From Haliotis rufescens (lineage: Eukaryota), in contig NW_025964361.1 of the NCBI RefSeq assembly GCF_023055435.1, positions 18,662,001-18,726,000 of the forward strand: a stretch of DNA of 64,000 bases. Direction: 5' to 3'. A model generated the notes under the pieces. That model was not told the DNA's origin, made no database searches, and worked only from the letters and a program-made list of their open reading frames with translations. This document shows, in pieces, positions 59,940 to 64,000 of the stretch. The translations under genes were made by a program, and so were the position numbers. Numbering within the stretch: position 1 is the first letter of the stretch; every line of letters begins with the position of its first letter.

Positions 59940-62900
59940 ATGTCACACATTTTTCCCCCACTTGCCAGATCCGACTTTTGTATTTCATTCTGAGCTAATG
60001 CATTTAAAGAATTGTGGACACTCCAGTAACGCAATTGAGACGGCGGACAAGAATCTACAGGATCTTCATGGTGATAAAACTGTGGGACATTCGGTGCACA
60101 AGTTTCACAGTAAGCCATCAGCACAATGTACCATAGACCAGAGGCATCATGTTGGATCTGGAAATAACAAACCTTGTTTTAGATGTGGAAAAACTACTCA
60201 TGCTCCACATATGTGTTTTTATAAGAATGAGAAGTGTCATAAATGTGGAAAATGTAGCCATATTGTAAGAGTTTGCAGGTCAGAAGAATCAATTCCTCAG
60301 AAACAGAATTCTACGGCTAAATTCAAGGGATGACAGAAAGTTAATGCTTTAGTGAGTGAGGTGAACTCCTGTGGCCCAGGTAACAGCAGTATTAGTGTGG
60401 AAGACTTGTTTGAGAACTCGCAAATTCATGTTAGCCTTCAGCTAAAGGTGACCGTAACTACCCAAACCCCTACTACATAACAGTGGATGTTAATGGCACA
60501 CCAGTGATTTTTGAGGTTGACATTGTGAATGAGCAGACGGCTCAAAGAATTGGTCTTCAGTCATCAACGTTGTACACATCACAACTACCCCTGTGAAGTC
60601 ATACAGGACAGGAAGTTGATTTGAACAGTTATACTACTGTGGAAGTATCTTACCAGGAGAGATCTTACTCCTTACCGATTTCCCTAGCCATGGGTAATGG
60701 TTCCAATCTTCTAGGTCGTACATGGGTACAGCCTTTGAACTTTGACCTGAGGGATGTTTCGGTGAACCTAATGAAATCTACAGATTTGACACTTCATGAT
60801 GCTCTTGAAAGACACTCAGCTGTTTTTGAGGAAGGTCTTGGAACACTTAAGGGATTCCATGCTCACATCTATGTGGATAAAGATGCAACTCCGAAGTTTT
60901 TCAAACCAAGATCTGTGCCATATGCATTACGTCAGAAGATAGAAGTTGAACTTGGTCGCTTGCTGAGTGAAGGCATTATTGAACCAGTCAAGCATTCTGA
61001 GTGGGCGTGTCCCATTGTGCCAGTCCTTAAACCTGATTCTTCTGCCAGGATTTGTGGAGATTTTAAACTGACAATGAATCAGTTTTCAAAATTGGAGCAA
61101 TATCCAATACCGACATTGGAAGATTTGTGCACGAAGCTATCTGGAGGTGTAAAGTTCACCAAACTTGACATGAATCATGTGTATCAACAGTTAGTCTTGG
61201 ATGAAGAATCCCGAAAGTATGTCATGATTAACACTCACAAAGGACTCTTTAAGTACACAAGATTGCCATTTGGAGTATCTTCGGCACCCGCTCTCTTTCA
61301 ACGTATGATTGAAAGTATTCTACAGGGACTCAATTTCTCAGAAGGTTATCTCGACGAATTCATAAAGTCTGGAATCGACGACAGTGAGCATCCTCGTATT
61401 CTGAATGAAGTAATTCATCAATTGTCAGAAGCAGGATTACGTTTGAGAAGAAACAAGTGTGTCTTTATGGCTGATGAAGTTGAATATCTTGGCTATAGAC
61501 TGGACAGCGAAGGTTTGCATCCAGTGGAGAAAAAGATTGCTGCAATTCAGGAAGCTAAGGTCCCTGAAAATGTGAAGGAATTGAGAGCTTATCTTGGTAT
61601 TCTGAACCACTACTACAGATTTCTTCCAAATTTGCCTGACACTCTCTCCCCCTTGTACAAGTTGCTATAAAATGAAGTGAAATGGTCATGGAGTACATCT
61701 CAACAAAAAGCTTTTGAGAAGTCGAAGAACTTGCTTCAGTCTTCAGATGTCTTGATTCATTTTGACAGCTCCAAACCACTTTTATTGCAGTGTGATGCAT
61801 CTCCCTAAGGAGTAGGTGTTGTGTTGGCTCACCAACTGCTTGATGGTTCGGAGAGAACTATAAGTTTTGCTTCAAGGACACTGACTAAGGCGGAGCAGAA
61901 TTATTCTCAGCTTGATCGCAAAGGACTGAGTGTGATCTTTGGACTGCGAAAGTTTCATAGGTATGTTTATGGACGTCATTTCCAGATCGTGACAGATCAC
62001 AAGCTGTTGGTGTCATTATTCAATGAGAATAATCCAGTGCCCCAGATAGTGTCTCCAAGAGTTCAGAGATGGTCAGTATTGTTGACTGCATATGACTATA
62101 AAATTGTACACAGGAAAGGTACACAGCATACCAATGCAGACGCATTGAGCAGGTTGCCAGCACCTGACTCAGGGAAGCCTATGGAAGAAGTGAGAGTCTT
62201 AATGCTTCAGGAATTGGACACATGCCCTCTGAAGTCTACAGACATAAGTATCCAGACTGGCAAGGACCGAACATTATCTATTGTTCTAGAATTTGTGATC
62301 CGAGGTTGGCCGCAGCGTGACAAGTTGGATGCCCACTATGAGCCGTACTACAGAGTTCGTTCTGAAATCAGTGTGATGGATAGATGCTTATTGAGAGGTT
62401 CGAGGGTCATCATTCAATTGAAACACAGGTCTGTCATATCGTCAGAGTTGCACCAGTCCCCTCCAGGAATCCCCAGGATGAAGGGCTTGGCCCGAAGCTA
62501 TGTTTGGTTGCCGCATCTAGATGCTGACATAGAAACAACAGTAAACAGTTGTGATTCCTGCCAGGAAGACAGGAATTGTCCAAGTGTGGTCCTCTACATC
62601 CTTGGGAGTATCCTTCTCAACCTTGGCAAAGACATTGGTAGCATGTTGTAACTAATAATGCTACAGCTTTTGTTGGGGAAGAATTTGCTACATTCATGTC
62701 CAGGAATGGAGTTGAACATGTGACAACATACCCTCATCACCCGGCTGGGAACAGTTTAGCAGAAAGGGCGGTTCAAATAATAACAGATGGCTTAAAAAAG
62801 ACAACTGGTGACATAGTTGCAACTCAACAACATAGGTTCCTATTTTCTTATAGAATTTCACCACAGTCTACAACTGGTGTATCACCTTCAATGTTGTTTC

Positions 62901-63790
62901 TTGGATGCAGATTGCGTTTGCGATTGGACTTGATGTTTCCAAACCTTACGTCAAAGGTGAAAAAGAACTAGAGAAAACTTGTGGATCAGTCAGCTCTAAC
63001 GAAATGTAGGGCATTCAAAGTGAATGACTCGGTGTGGGTTAAGAACTTTGCTTCAGGTCCAAAATGGATTAGTGGACAAGTTGATAGTTTAAGTGGTCCA
63101 TTGTCGTACATCATCAAGTTAACGGATGGAAGATTGGTCAGAAGGCATGTGGATCATGTCTTTATCTTCACCCCCAAGGGACGTGACTGAACGTTCAGAT
63201 ACTCCGGTAGAATCGCAGTCTTCACGAAGAATAGGAGTATGAATCAGACTTACCTGACACATCACAGGTAGATTCCCATGAGGAAAGTATCTCAGGGGAT
63301 GTTTCAAGTGTACCAGATATGTCTGAACCAGGGGAGGAAATGCCGGTAGTGACATCGCCTGTAGCGCCCATGCTTCTTCATTCAACGAGAGTGAAGCAGC
63401 AACCGTCTTATCTGAGAGACTTTGAGTCAAAGTGGCATTTGAGTGAACTGTGACTGTCATTTGAAGTGAACTATGTGTCAAGGTGGCATTTGATTTAGCT
63501 GTGAATTACAGTGACTAGTATCAGGACTATAATACTTCAACAGATTATCAGTATTATTATGTGTCTAAAAAAACTTAACTTAACAATGTTTTCATTATGA
63601 CTGTAACTTGTCAAGTTATCAGGGTTTTAGTACTTTACAAGGACCAGTGTTAAGTTACTTATGTGTCATTGTTAAGTTACTTATACTTTATGGAGACCCG
63701 TGGACTATGTTGTTATCAAAGGTTATATATTTGTTTCAAAGTAACTTAAATTTAGGAGGGGCGGATGTAATATCTGTAATTGAAACACAG
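59940..63790 (+). mobile_element. Gypsy/Ty3 LTR retrotransposon (Mag-like), decayed
   Basis: Two gag zinc knuckles (CFRCG..H..C, CHKCG..H..C), protease VDVNGTPVIFEVD, RT (WACPIVPV, RICGDFK, RLPFGVSSAP, YLDE), RNase H (CDAS, NYSQLD, TDHK, NADALSR), integrase (LARSYVW, GNSLAERAV); PPT ggaggggcgga at 63755-63765, then TGTAAT start of the 3' LTR at 63766. Confidence 0.93.
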
Positions 63791-64000
63791 TAGTTTTAAA
63801 CTAAAGTCCGTTTGACTCCAAATGAGAACGATGAATTGCAAAATAACTCGAAATCCAGAAAAGTGTATGAAACATCAATACGGTACTTGACCATGAATAC
63901 CCTGAACCCAACAAAATCTGAATTTTGTTTATTTTAAGACCCATGACGGATGAAGTTCTTTAAGAAACTATCATGTAATTTTGTATAGCAATGTGTACAT

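Overview
Eukaryotic, repeat-saturated genomic DNA, not prokaryotic. The SINE/HINE repertoire looks molluscan, possibly abalone (inference from recalled repeat sequences). The window is the interior of one minus-strand gene with very large introns. Five GT-AG exons (41739-41489, 34238-34110, 28751-28700, 20097-19941, 5537-5416; 711 nt) splice in frame to a peptide resembling the C-terminal half of VWA3B. The introns hold transposons, several nested: at least six DIRS (tyrosine-recombinase retrotransposon) remnants, two Academ-like remnants, two Tc1 and two mariner copies, several MITE families, a Kolobok-type element, a HINE-like element with a 179-bp tandem array, two RTEX-like LINEs, a Gypsy element and SINEs. 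Four items stand out. (1) A complete 428-bp TRIM whose LTRs carry a tRNA-like Pol III promoter (Helenus-type). (2) A near-intact LINE ORF2 with a ~700-aa in-frame N-terminal extension of six Asp/Asn/Cys-rich repeats. (3) A headless short retroposon that starts with a pseudoknot-like fold. (4) A TIR element containing an inverted copy of its own left end plus flank. All family assignments come from motif recognition by eye; no searches were run.
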